The notes below the pieces were generated by a model. It ran no database searches and was not told the origin of the DNA. It saw nothing but the letters and a program-made list of their open reading frames with translations. The position numbers were made by a program, and so were the translations under genes. A stretch of 63,745 nucleotides of DNA, counting the filler, from Lenisia limosa (Eukaryota > Protista > Breviatea): assembly GCA_001655205.1 (NCBI GenBank). It is 6 parts of 6 records of this genome, joined end to end, with 100 filler letters (N's around TTAATTAATTAA, not from the genome) between each part and the next. Parts side by side here need not be neighbours in the genome. Positions count along the whole stretch, not along the records: positions 1 to 19,885 come from LPNZ01005520.1; positions 19,986 to 35,389 come from LPNZ01001178.1; 4 more parts are not named here. One strand, 5' to 3'. Of this stretch, positions 13,857 to 26,373 are shown in pieces (positions within the stretch are counted from its first letter, which is position 1; every line of letters begins with the position of its first letter).

Positions 13857-16800
13857 ATGTTTCACACGTACCAGCATGCAGACATCCGGAAGTCTGGTGA
13901 CATCGTTTTTGCGGCTCAAATGAAATCCGGTAACTACTCTCCAGCCACCGTCTGTAAGCACAGTGTTTTATTTCAATAAGAAGAGCATGATAGCGGGCGA
14001 CTTTCGGGGTTTTAACCATCGCCCCCAGTTCTTCACCGCTGTACTGATGCGCGAAAGAAGGTCATGACAAAACTCGCCCCGCCTCCTAAGCAGTCTCTGA
14101 GCGAAATCCCGATCGGTATGAAGACTGTTGAAAAGGGGGTGTAATGGCGGCGGTAGCGAGTCACTTTTGAAGTTGGAATTGCACTTTTTATTGGATCTCT
14201 TGAATTTGACCGAAACTCCCCTTGGTAATGATTGGTGTGAAACGTTGTTGTATAACAGCACGTGACATGTGGTGGTGGATTTTCACTTGAATTTATTAAT
14301 TGACAAAGCTGAGTTCCATGCTTCTGAGGGTGGCAGTTTATGGTTATTTCAGTGCAATGAATCGGTTAAAACAAATAGGATACCATAAAAAAAAAATAAA
14401 AAAAATACCAGAGAATCTTTAAGAATTGTATTTCAGATTGAGCAGACTAATGAGGAGTTGAAAAAGAGTGACGCCTTTTTTTTATTAAGTACAAATACCA
14501 CTTTTGTCACTTTTAATTGTTTAACTGACTCCATTTACTTAACTGTGCCCTTATTAGTTCCTTCATCCTTCATCTGGGTTTTGGACTTTTTCACAAGATA
14601 AGTTGAGAAGAAATCAAAGGCTGTGTCCGTTTGAATCCGACACACTCGTTAACAAAGGATTATGCTATTGTTGCGGATAGAACTTTATTGAAATATTGTT
14701 ACCAATACTTGTCGTAGTTTTCTTACGGCTTCCAGAAGCAACCAAAGACGCTCTTGAGGAGTACTTGTCATACAACCAGTGCTTCTCCGACGATCCCATG
14801 TCCGCACTCAGATACCAGGTCAAATACGAATGGTGGGGAGGTGGGGAGGTGGCTCAAACATGAAAGGTATAATATGGAAGAGAGGTAAACGATTGAGTTG
14901 GTTGTGATATTGATGGTTCGTGGCTTTTTTCTCTTGCGCTTGTCTAAAACTGACATTTTGTGCAATCTCTGGAGTTTGACGGTGAAGGAAAACTTCAATT
15001 GGGCCACACAATACCATGGATTCATTGGACGTTCAAATGGAACTTGGCATGACCCTTGCAATGCAGGCTCAGGTATGACAGTGTTCTGACTTTGATGTCG
15101 CATTAGTAGCATTACTTACACTTTAGTGGTACAACATTGCTGCTGGTGACAAGTTGAAGGCTGCAGCTATGTGAGGGGGGGGGTCAACAATATAAGGAAG
15201 CATTTCATTAACTCATGCTCTCGATGTTACAGGCTGTTACCCTATCAACTGGTTGTTGGAATGGAAGGCTAATATCCACAGGGAGTGGGCGAAGATCAAG
15301 CAGAAAACAGCCTACGATGAGGACATTGAGGACAGCCCCGAGAGCGACCGTCTGAAGAAGGAGGCTTACCATTGCTTCACTAAGGCCGCAGGCATCTATG
15401 AGTTCATCAATGAGAACGTGGGGCTGAATATCTGGAATAGGCACGCAAAAAGCTGTGCACAGAGTTTTATACTGCCCACTCTCTCTTATTATGAGGTACA
15501 ACCTTGTTTTTTTTCCCTCTCTTTCTTTTAGAATACGACAGCAGGTTATTGTGAGGGCTGCACTACGAAAATGGCTGAATTCCTCGATACATCATCGATC
15601 TTTTTCGATAGTTCTGCGATATTTTTTATGAGTGAAGCCCTAGTTATTGTATAGTTACTAGCTGTTTAAAACGTGATTGTGTAGGAGGATTAGGCTCGGT
15701 GTATGAAATCCATCATTTTTTTCTGTCCACATAACCTTTTGGCATCCAACATCCGCAGATCACGCCCAACATTCTGGCTTCCAAGTCCCCCCACCCCATG
15801 GACCTTCACAGTGATGTGCTGGATGCCGCAATTGCCACCTCCCTTGCACAGGCGCAGGAGGTGTGTTCGTTTCCTTGCGACTTAGGGTGTATGATGATGC
15901 AAATGCTGCAGGTTGAATTGGTCAAAATAGTGATTTTCTCGTATTTGTACTATTGCATCACTTGGAGGTTATTAGTCCACACCTCGTCACCATAACCCTG
16001 ACCTCACAGGTCACGGTCATGCGTGCCACTATAATGAAGCACTCCCCGCACCTCATCGCCAAAATTGCCTTCGACACCTCTGACAAGTTCCGTTCTGCCT
16101 TCAACAGTTGGGGGCTGGGTTTGATATCGTACTCTCCCAATTATTGTGGGATAATTACGGCTCAGAGTTATTCATCAGAACAGTACTATATGTATGTGAT
16201 AGATTGTATGTAGTATAATATTGAAATATATCATAGACTCTCACCATCCTATTAACAACCCTTTAGCCCTTGCTGTGTACGACTATCCCCATGTCAAAAA
16301 CGCCCGTACAGCCAAGTGGAGGGCCTATCTCAGGTAAAGGGGTGAAATAGTGGAACTTGCTGCTAGAGTGGATAATATAATCGATACTGTATAAGACTCT
16401 CTCTGACTACGATGATCGCATGGTAAGGATCTTTGATTTATGTTTTTTGCCCCGCTTTGGACATTGTAACACCTACAGACTCCAATGCTGCATTTACGAA
16501 ACAATGGGATGGATGAACGTCGGTATGCCGGGGGTATGCACCGTGCTTTACTATTCATTTTCGTTTGGTCTGTAGTCCTTTTTTTGTTTCATTAAGTTTC
16601 CAGTTTTACCCCCCCCCCCCAGGTATGTACTATTACTCCAATGAGGGAGGTGATCAGATTGGAATGGCTGTTGCGTGTGCGCGAAGAGGCGTTACGTCGT
16701 GCAACCTCCTTGCTGATGTTGGGGGGGGGGGTGACGTCTCAGTCGAGGATACTATTGCCCTGACACGTGTCACTCAAACACACATGCCGCTTTGTATAAC

Positions 16801-17630
16801 CCTGTAGGAGTTGGAGACATACTACAAGACTGCACCCAAGACCCCCAAAGACCAAAGACCTTTGATTGCACTTGTGCCTGAGCAGGTGTGCTGGGCATTC
16901 CAGGAAGATACAGTTATGCAGCAATGATATTAACCAGTTGATTGGACATTCACATTTCAGCTGATGAAAGATATGAAGCACTACCATGACAAGTTCCAAC
17001 ACATGAACTCTATTGGTGGGTAAGGGTGCATTGGAGCGTGTAATTGGATCATTTCGTTGTCTATATGCATAGTACTTCCAACCAAAGTTCACCCCCCCCC
17101 CCCNNNNNNNNNNNNNNNNNNNNNNNNNNNNNNNNNNNNNNNNNNNNNNNNNNNNNNNNNNNNNNNNNNNNNNNNNNNNNNNNNNNNNNNNNNNNNNNNN
17201 NNNNNNNNNNNNNNNNNNNNNNNNNNNNNNNNNNNNNNNNNNNNNNNCTTCATTCCAGAATTCTTCTCGTTGCTCTTTCTCACCAGTTAGAACGAAAAGT
17301 TCGATGACGACATATTTGCTGCCCTCTGTGGAGACGCGAAGTCCTTCAACGCCCCACCCACAAAGTCCAAGGTGGGCCAAGAGTGTTTTCGCTCAACACT
17401 GTTTCTAACTGGGGAAAGGTACAGCAGCTTTGGGTTGGCCACACTCAATCTTTAATATAATAAACGTGTTACCAAGACTCATATTTGACTGTACCCCTCA
17501 GCCTTTTACTTCACAGCTGCCGAAGAACCACACTCCCGCTCCCATTCCCCCGCTCTCTAACGTGGAATCCACCAATGACGCCAGCCCCACTGAGAACCCC
17601 GAGGACGCACCTTACCCCTCCGCCCTCTAA
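13857..17630 (+). CDS. BROX: BRO1-domain protein, BROX-like (ESCRT-associated)
   Basis: Spliced translation follows BROX as I recall it: MFHTYQHADIRKSGDIVF; EATKDALEEYLSYNQCFSDDPMSALRYQ..ENFNW; KEAYHCFTKAAGIYEFINEN; DLHSDVLDAAIATSLAQAQE|VTVMRATIMKHSPHLIAKIAFDTSDKF. No ALIX V domain seen. Pro-rich tail ends at TAA 17630. Confidence 0.85.
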
Positions 17631-17894
17631 CTAATTATTTACTATTTACGTATTTCATTTTTGATATTCTGAGGATAGGGTGAAATAATTACTCTCAGAG
17701 AAAGAAAAAAAAAAAAAANNNNNNNNNNNNNNNNNNNNNNNNNNNNNNNNNNNNNNNNNNNNNNNNNNNNNNNNNNNNNNNNTGGGCGTCTTTCACAAAT
17801 TTGATGTAAATGTCACTGATCCCATTAAAATATTATAAGGTGATTTTGCTCTTCTCAAAATTGCAGAAATACATTCAAAATCCTTCTACAGAAC

Positions 17895-19860
17895 TTATTT
17901 ATTCATTACCACTACGTTGTTCACTATTCTCTGAATGGTGTCTTCATTACGGATGACTTGGGACTTCAGCCCGCTTATCGCAACCTAAATAGTTAAGATG
18001 GAGCTGCTTGGGTATCACTATGTATTTCCCCCAATATCATTTCTTGTTCTCAAAAAGTATGGGTCAGATCTCAAAGACGTTCACATGACACTGAAATTTG
18101 CCCACAAACCTCTTTGGCGTTGATTTCAGAGTCAAGCTCTTGGAGTTTACTTTTGAGGCTCCGCAAACGATCATCCACTTCTCTGAAGGAGATAGGTGGT
18201 GAGTGGGTATGCAAATGTAAACACAAAGCCCAGGGGGAAATGACAAATCCGCTCATTGGGTACAATAAGATCATTGAAGAAAGAATGTCATCAACACATC
18301 ACACGGTGATACTGGCATAAACTGCCATGGCACATGGTGATGAATAGACTGCCGAGGAGCCACACCCCACACACTCGGGGTCGACCTTTAGCGCTTCAGT
18401 GTGGGACGCTGACTCCTTCCGTGACATTTCCCACGAAAGCATCATGGCATCCCCGTCCTCCCTGACATAGTCTAAGCCTACAACTGGGTAAACGACTTCG
18501 ATAGAACATGTTCAATATTTCTGGGTTTTATCGAGACATTTCGTCTTTTAACAACTAGCTGCACAATTTGATACGCCTTACCCAACCCACATTTCCTCAA
18601 TGGGTCTATTGATCGACAGATCATCTGAATGTTCTCTCGTAGGGACTCAATCTGATTGTAAAGGGAGGGAAACAAGCCACATGCAAATCACAGAATTTGT
18701 TTCAGCATGGTGCTCCCCCACGCTACCTCTTTCTCAGCCACCGCCCGGGACCCCCGGGAACTTGTGTCCCTATTTGACTGCGGTCTCTCAGCCTTCTGTA
18801 CCTGCAGGGTGACATGCTATGGCGATTGGGAAGGAAAGTCATTTGAAGACTGTATAAATGCACAAAGGTAGAGCTTCTAGATTGCTTACTTTTTCCATTT
18901 TGTTCTTTTCCGAGAGCAAGTCAGAAACCAGGGCACCTTTCTCTTCACCGTCATCATCCTAATATGGTAAGAAGACGAAAGACATCAACTTCCTAATATG
19001 GCAAAACATACACACTAAATGATATCACCCACAATCTGTTGAATGGTATCTCTGTCATCGACGAACATGTCATCATCGCCATCGATAGTGCCATCATCCA
19101 CAATGCCTTCGATCAACTTTGACCCGTCATTCCTGGATATTCAAAATAGGTCATATCGATATGCGATAAATGACAAAAGTCATCCTCAGTTTATTTACGC
19201 AAGTTATCGCATAATCGTACATTAGTGAGATGTGTAATATCGCCGACACCCACCCCCGCATACTGCTGTACAAGCGGTTGTTCTGTTTTGCGGTCAATGA
19301 CACGAGGCGGCGGCCTGCGTGCTGTCATGGGTCGGGCCAATCGTCGCGGTGCTGGGCATAATATGACAATTGCCAAGTGAATTTGTTTCTTGTCAAGAAA
19401 AGGTAACTTCAACATGGTTTAGCATATGCTACAAAAAAAACTATCAAAAAGAATCCACATTAATGGGACTTCGTTGACCACAATATGGACTAACGCCTCC
19501 CGTTTCTTCATGTCCAATGGTCCTGCATACCGTCTTCAAGATCCATTTGAGATGCCGGCACGGGCTCCATGGCCTCCTACATCGTCATTCAATGTGCAAG
19601 AAACAAATTCAATTGGTACTTCCCTCTTATATCAACCATCTTTTTACTGGGTTTATTCTACCCTCCTCCCATGTACCGCGTCCGGTTCCACCCTGACAGG
19701 CTCAGGCTGGCTCGGTTCCTCCTCCATAACATCCGGGGAGTTGTCCTCTTCAATGTGCGGCGGCGGTGAATCGTCTCTCTCGGCTGCCTAGGGATTGAGC
19801 TCACCATTATGAGGAGGGGGATCTTGTAGATTTGGAGCACTTTTTGCATCATCAAATTAT
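17895..19860 (-). CDS. IFT54: IFT54/TRAF3IP1 (MIP-T3) intraflagellar transport protein, C-terminal part; N-terminal CH domain missing at the spacer
   Basis: RPMTARRPPPRV motif, acidic DGDDDMFVDD, EEKGALVSDLLSEK, IESLRENIQMICRSIDPLRK..CQEDGDAM, and end AISGLKSQVIRNEDTIQRIVNNVVVMNK* match the order of conserved IFT54 C-terminal blocks. Confidence 0.85.
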
Positions 19861-19885
19861 TGACCAGCCATGATTTTGTGGTTGT

Positions 19886-19985
19886 NNNNNNNNNNNNNNN
19901 NNNNNNNNNNNNNNNNNNNNNNNNNNNNNTTAATTAATTAANNNNNNNNNNNNNNNNNNNNNNNNNNNNNNNNNNNNNNNNNNNN
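19886..19985. other. Artificial contig spacer
   Basis: 44 N + TTAATTAATTAA (stop codons in all six frames) + 44 N = 100 nt. Confidence 0.95.
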
Positions 19986-20127
19986 CACCACCAGGTCTAT
20001 AGATACATAAAGGTTTATTATCTAGAGATACATTGAACTCTTATAAATGGAAACTCTTAACGTGTCTTATTTGTTTGACATGATATTTCCATTGGACTTG
20101 CCACACCTTCTTTTAACGTTTTCAGAA

Positions 20128-23100
20128 TCTGATCATTACTGGCAGGGCAAATACCAAGACCTGGAGGACAAGTTGATTCAGGAAACGCAATGTTGGCAAT
20201 TTGAACATCTGCTCTTTGGGCTTTTTATTTTGTTATTCGGCTTTTGACATATGCACAACCTGCGTTGTTTGTTTTAAATCCCCATATATCATGTAGTATG
20301 TTTCAAATGATTTTTTTTCATGCATTCCCACGCCGTGTGGGATTTTTTGTTTCTCGGGTTAACTGTAATGACCCTCCATTTTCACCCCCTCACCTGTTAG
20401 TCTCCGCACATCAACGCGATCAGCATCAAATGGCCCTCGATCAACTGACCACGGAATCCAGCGGGCTTCGGTCACAGGTCAAGGGGCTTCAGAACAGTCT
20501 CAGGTGAGTACCGCCGAAATCAGTGAGTTTGTTTCATGTTTCAGGGACACAGAAGTAGACTTGCACCATGTTAATGAGCAGGTTTTTGGGAGAAACCGTT
20601 TGTCAGTCGTCGGGTCATCTACTTGCGTTTATTTGTTACTTCAAATGAGGATAGCGATATCATATATTCTTAGGGTTTCACTTCGGTTCGAAAAAAGACT
20701 GAATTTCAAGATAAATCCTCGAAAATTATCGATATTTTCCAGGTATTTTTCGAACCGAAGTGAAGCCCTAATATACCCCCCTCCGACTCCTCTTAACTAC
20801 AGTCTTCTCCCTAGGGGGTGCTTCACAATATTTCACTGATTAAATTACCCCAGTAGAAAGCTGTTCAACAGGAGAACATTACAAGGCTCTGTGAAGACAA
20901 TTTGCAGATGACGCAAAAGGCTGATTCCGTCTCCCAGGTGGGAAATCTCATTCTTGAACATAACTCTACAAGTACACTAATGTCTGCGCTTTATGTAATA
21001 GCAGTGGGAATATGCAATTTGTTACAGTTAACATATTTGATTAAGATATTTCACGTTCATAATAACATATTGGATTGTCAGAGTTATTACTAACCCGAAT
21101 AACGGTTTAGTCAATGTCAGTGTCCACTGGGGGGCTTCGCTACCTCTCGGGACAGGCAAAATCCGACACAATGAAGCTGTATGGGAGGATTGTGGCTGTT
21201 ACCTAATATGAACTCTTTGATGACTGTAATTGGTTTTTTCAACCATTTGATATTTTGTTCAAAGCTTAATAAAAAGCAATCTTCAGCAGTATCCATGTTT
21301 TGGTGTAGCTCCATTTTTTATTCGTCTTATCAGCATTATCCATGTTTTGGTGCAGCTCCATTTCTTATTCGTCTTATATGGCAGCAAAGTGGCAATTGAA
21401 AGCGAGTTCCAGAGCGCAGTGGGTTTAGTGCAAAGAGCCACGTCAAGACTCCAGGCCAAATGGAACCTCATTAACTCGGAGAAGAAGGCTGCCCAGGACG
21501 CTCGAGTAGGAACTCATATGCTTCACTTTTCTTGCAAAAAGTACTCTATTATTTCAGATCATATCAGTGCTGAAATATGAAACCCCTCAAGGGCTTCACT
21601 TTGGTTTGAAAAAAGGACTTAATTTTTCAATAAAGCCTCGAAAACTATCGATATTTTACCGGTCTTTTTGAACCGAAGTGAAGCTCTCTACTCATGACTG
21701 ACTGCTGTGGCGTTTATGGTTTAGGACAGTTTAAACAGTCGTCTGAGTGAAGAGGTTGAGGCAGCACAAGCACAGGTCAAAGTATCAGAATCAGAACTGT
21801 GAGTGTAACATGCCAGGTTCTATTATGCTCTGCTAGAGATCGAACGATGGTTCAACTTAACAGCATATACTACATATCATATAATATGTATATCGATATA
21901 TATGTATATGATATGTACCAAAACCGAGTTCCTAATATTTGCCTCTTGATATTTTATGGTTAAGCCAGCATGATATGAATAGTAATCACTCCTAGGATGA
22001 CCCTGAGGAAAACCGAGAAAGTTTTACGATTGGAGTTGTCGTCAGTCCGCAAACTCCAGGATGATGATGAAGCCGTAAGTTGCAAAATGTACCACTATCA
22101 TTGTCCATGTTGTTATTCTTCAGAGCCTCTCAGCACTTCAAAGACAGCTGCAAGCAAGTCAGGCAGAAGCGAGAGAAACCCTTTTGGCATTAGAAAGAGC
22201 CAAGGTGAGTGGGTCAACTTCCTTCTTTCTACCTGTTTTAATACACATTAAACACTAAACAATATCTCTCAGCTTAATATCATTTTCAGTGTTTTTCAGT
22301 GCGCCTGATTATACAGGCGACGAATCAACAAAATGAAATGGCGATCATGCAACAAAGATCTAGGATACTGGAGGCTGAAAATGCCCTCTCAGATGAAAAG
22401 GGGAACCGTCACAATGTTACAGCGCTGAAGGTTTGGCTTGATAGTAGTTTGATGATTCTCTAGAAAGAGTTGGAGATTTTAAGGAGGGAAATTTCTTCAC
22501 AAGAGCAGAAGATACTGGTTTGGCACCCGTGGCGTTTTGAGAACATCAATTTTGTGATCTGCTGACTGTTTTAGGACAATTTGAAAGGTCACAAAAGGGA
22601 CTTATCAGACCTTCAAGCCAAATACGATGTTAGTTTATTAGGGTTGCTTGTAGTCTAGTCTCACATAATTTAGAGAGACGTAACCGAGGGAAGACAGTCT
22701 AACTCGGATATGACACATAAACTGCATTCCTACGAGGCAACAATCAAAGTTCGGGGGACCTCCAATTCTCTTCGCAATCTCATTTAATCCTATTTTTTTT
22801 GTCTAAGTTCCTGTTTTTTTTAACCATCTCTATGCCCCTTGGATCAGCTATGAGTTCAATTCCTTTTATTATTGTTTTTGCCTCTGTATTACTGGCTGTT
22901 CTGTGTTTTTCGCTTCAATATATTATACGTTGTACATACATCAACTCATATTTTATTTCGGTTTCTCTTTGCCCTTATTATTTGTTTATTTGAACTGTCT
23001 GTTGCTCATATCTCTGTTTGACATTATTTTTTTATCCTTGAATTCTGTGCTGGTCCAGGCATAAAGCTTCTTTTTATTGCCCATTTCTACATGGGGTATG

Positions 23101-25953
23101 TTCCACCTTTTTTTATTATTATTATTATTTTTTGTCCAAACCTGTCTATTTTTGCTAGATATCCTACATGTACGAAAAGTTGTGAATGATTTATTTGTAT
23201 AAACTTTAACCTAGGAGGAGTATATATACTATGATATATACATGTATGGGGACCTGAGATGTAAGTTCCATCCTACTGGATTCTTTTTTTTTCTTACTTC
23301 TTTCTAAATCGAACTTTTTTAAAAGGAGTTTCTTTTTTATCGCGAGAGAAACAGCATTTTTTTACAGCAAATAACAGAATACCCCTAGTCAGGCTTGGGT
23401 TCATGCCAGTCAGCTGGAACAACAACTTCCTGAGAGTAATGGAATTTAGTCACACTATAATAAATATTCTGTTTTTACGACCACGCCAGCTTTCCTTTCA
23501 GCCGAAGAAATGACCCACAATGGGAAAAACCGAAAAAAATTCGAAGTCCAGTAGCCTTAAGGCAACTGGAATCGTCAAAAAAAATCCGGTACTTTTCGGT
23601 CTGCCCTGTTTTTTTCTGATAACTTTGAACTGAGGATTTTTTTCACTTCTGTCTCTAGAGAAGTACCAGTTGAAAAATTAGTAAAATTACATCTTAGGTC
23701 CCCATACTTTAATTAGTATACTATATAATACTTCTCCAAGCTTTAACATCGTTAATATTTAAAATCGTATTATTCACAGTCCAATGATATTGATCTGAGC
23801 TTTATAATATATGATATACATGTACAATAACATGCTCTACCTCCAGGATTTGACAGAGAAAGTGTCGGGACTCGAGTCTGAGAATCGTATTCTTCAGGAA
23901 AGAGTGGGAGGGGATTCATTTGTTAAATTAGCCTCTTCACAAATGTCACCTTTTTGGTTGCCATTTACGTGAGCAATAATATCATTTTTTTGTAGACTAA
24001 GGACCATCTCTCACTGAAACAAAACAATGTTTCCATTTTACATCATTAATAAACTGATGGAACCCTTCAGGCGACACAAGCAGTTTCTGAAGTTTCACTG
24101 GAGCGCAAAACCTCAAAACAAGAAAAGGCCAAGCTTCAAGCTTTGATATCGGTTGGAGAAGTATTTGAGTACTCTTGTGATATCTGGTTTGGCCAAGTGG
24201 GACTCTCACTACCACCAGGCCACAAAGAGGATATATTTTTCTTTTCTGTGTGTTGCTGCTTTGCTTCTTATTTTTTTCAGGGTTTGGAGATGTCAAATCA
24301 ATCCCTTTCTCATCAGTAGGAGAGATTATTACGATGGCAATTTTTATTGGAATTAAAAGTGTTGGATGAAAATAATAGATGGGTGTTCGGGTGATAGTAG
24401 CTATTACCTTTGCGTTTGTTTTGCTTGCTCACCTAATAGAGTGAACGACCTTGCCAACAAATCCAAGAAACAAAGCGAAGAGGTTTGCCGTGATGTTTGC
24501 CTTTTCTCGCGTTTATACCTACTTAGGGCGTCACTTTGGTTTGAAAAAAGACTGAATATCTCGATAACCTCGAAAATAATCGATATTTTCCCGCGGTTTT
24601 TCGAACCGAAGTGAAGCCATATGCCTACCACATTGGATACTACATGATACTGCATATCGCATAGCATGCCACAAAGTGCAAATTACTCTGTCATGCCTAA
24701 TACATCTGGAGATTTCCAATGTCAAAATTTATTTTAAATACCAATATGCTAATGGTGCCGATAGAAGCCCTGATTAATATTCTTAATTACCATGGTCACA
24801 TTATTAGCACAGCCGACTTCAAACTGAATACGACCAAGTCAATTCGGAGATGCATAAGGCCCTCAAGAAAAGCTCTGAACTCCAGGAAAAATTGGACGAA
24901 GCCGCTCAAAACTCTAGAGGTAGGCTACGTGCGTTACAGTTATCTCCAGACCGTATCATCATCAAATATATTATTGTATTAATGGTAGTGTATATGCCGG
25001 ATCAAAGATGGTTCAAAATAAGTCACCTTTTTGCATTTGCTTGACTTGGATTTAGCCGGGAATGTTGATGAAATTGTCACTCAAATGGAGGCCATGATGC
25101 AAAGGATGAGTGGCCGTCTTGTTCAGAAGGATAATGAGGTTGGCCATTGGAGCACTGAATGGGGATAATTTTGTGATGATGCTGCCTTTTTTTTTTTACA
25201 TTTCGACATACATTTCACAGCTTCGGCCAGATACTACCTTATAATTTATTTCTCATTGCTATATCAATATATCTTGTGCTATTCTCTTTCCCTCCTCAAT
25301 ATTGTGGCCTTGACCGTTTCTGTAATTTTTGTTACTTCAGTTCCATATAGCCAAACAGTAAACAATCCCCATTGTTTTGTTCGTACTTGGCAAAATGCTG
25401 TCAAGATGGTTCCTCAATAGCGATGGTGACATAATAGCATACCATAACACCTCTTACATTTCAGATCCAAAATCTGAAGAAAACAGTAGAAAAGGAGTGC
25501 GCGGAACGAATGGACCTCTTATGTCTCATTGATTCTTTGAAGTCTCAGAAAAAGTATGAGAGGGGAATGTGTTTGCGAGAAATAGTTAACTGACCGTTTT
25601 AGACCGGCAGTTGAGGCTTTACCAAAGGAGAGAAAAACCGAAAAAGCGGGGTAAACGGGTTTTTTTTTAATTCAAAATAGGATTCATGTGTGATTACACA
25701 TTATGAGTTTCTCATTTAACGTTTGAATTATTCATTCATATTTTTAACTCAATCCCAGACATACATGTATGTACATGCAGACATATCTAGATATGTCATT
25801 TATAGTTATAGTATATGATATCATATGATCTGATAATATCTTAGAATTTGCCGTTTTTCACACCCTAGTCGGTTACCATCTATACGGCCTGGTACAAGCA
25901 ACGGAAGGCAGCGGGGTGGACTGTCGGGCCAGGGTACCGGCACCAGGTTCTAA
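20128..25953 (+). CDS. Long coiled-coil protein with a LEKR1-like C-terminal motif; 5' end missing
   Basis: About 18 short heptad-rich exons, e.g. ALDQLTTESSGLRSQVKGLQNSLR and LQRQLQASQAEARETLLALERAK. IQNLKKTVEKECAERMDLL resembles the LEKR1 ETVxxECEERxEL motif. Stop TAA at 25951-25953. Confidence 0.68.
20671..20770 (+). mobile_element. MITE family A (hAT-like), full copy, both ends CACTT type
   Basis: TAGGGTTTCACTTCGGTTCGAAAAA...TTTTTCGAACCGAAGTGAAGCCCTA, about 25-bp TIR, intronic. Confidence 0.88.
21284..21377. repeat. 47-bp tandem duplication just upstream of a 3' splice site
   Basis: CAGCA(G/T)TATCCATGTTTTGGTG(T/C)AGCTCCATTT(T/C)TTATTCGTCTTAT x2. Confidence 0.9.
21589..21688 (+). mobile_element. 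MITE family A, CACTT/CACTT
   Basis: AGGGCTTCACTTTGGTTTGAAAAA...TTTTTGAACCGAAGTGAAGCTCT; intronic. Confidence 0.85.
23247..23704. mobile_element. 458-bp non-autonomous TIR element (family E), single copy in the window
   Basis: TA|TGGGGACCTGAGATGTAA...TTACATCTTAGGTCCCCA|TA (17/18 TIR match), non-coding AT-rich core, inside an intron. Confidence 0.8.
24524..24621 (+). mobile_element. MITE family A, CACTT/CACTT, with 8-bp TSD
   Basis: Flanks TACCTACT (24516-24523) and TGCCTACC (24622-24629) match at 6/8. Confidence 0.87.
25217..25261 (+). repeat. Family D, 3' part
   Basis: ACAGCTTCGGCCAGATACTACC..TTTATTTCTCATTGCTA. Confidence 0.68.
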
Positions 25954-26373
25954 GTCCTAGGTCGTTTCAATGATTGAGAATGTTTTGATTTTTATCAACA
26001 CAAACTGTGATGGGCAGTGATGTACAGTGATTCAAGGTTGAACTATTATATTTATTAGTCGCCAAGCATCAAGCTTGATCAGTGGTTGGCAAATTGGCAA
26101 AGTCGTCTTTGAGGCTTCACAACCCAAGCAACAAGGCTATCGAGAACAAATTTTGGTGGATCAAATACTCCCCATGATCGGATTATATACAAGCATTTCA
26201 AATGCCGCCGGGTCCTCTATAAAAGAAGATGAAATCGGAGTGACCCGCCGGCTACCGCCGGCGAATAGGGAATTTCATTCAATGCAATTGTCAATTCAGG
26301 TCAAGTGCGATGATTTATCCTACTAAAATCCTTCTATCTATAATCAATTAAATAATACTATATTTTTTTTTCA

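Noticed and set aside
13968-14261. Minus-strand 97-aa ORF as a separate gene
   Set aside because: It is the antisense shadow of BROX exon 2 (VLHRCTDARKKVMTKL), which splices in phase with its neighbours.
19930-19941. TTAATTAATTAA as a conserved regulatory palindrome
   Set aside because: It is always centred in exactly 44+44 N and is a six-frame stop linker.
20671-20770. MITE A as an Introner (element that creates the intron)
   Set aside because: Element ends do not coincide with splice sites; copies lie tens of nt inside introns.
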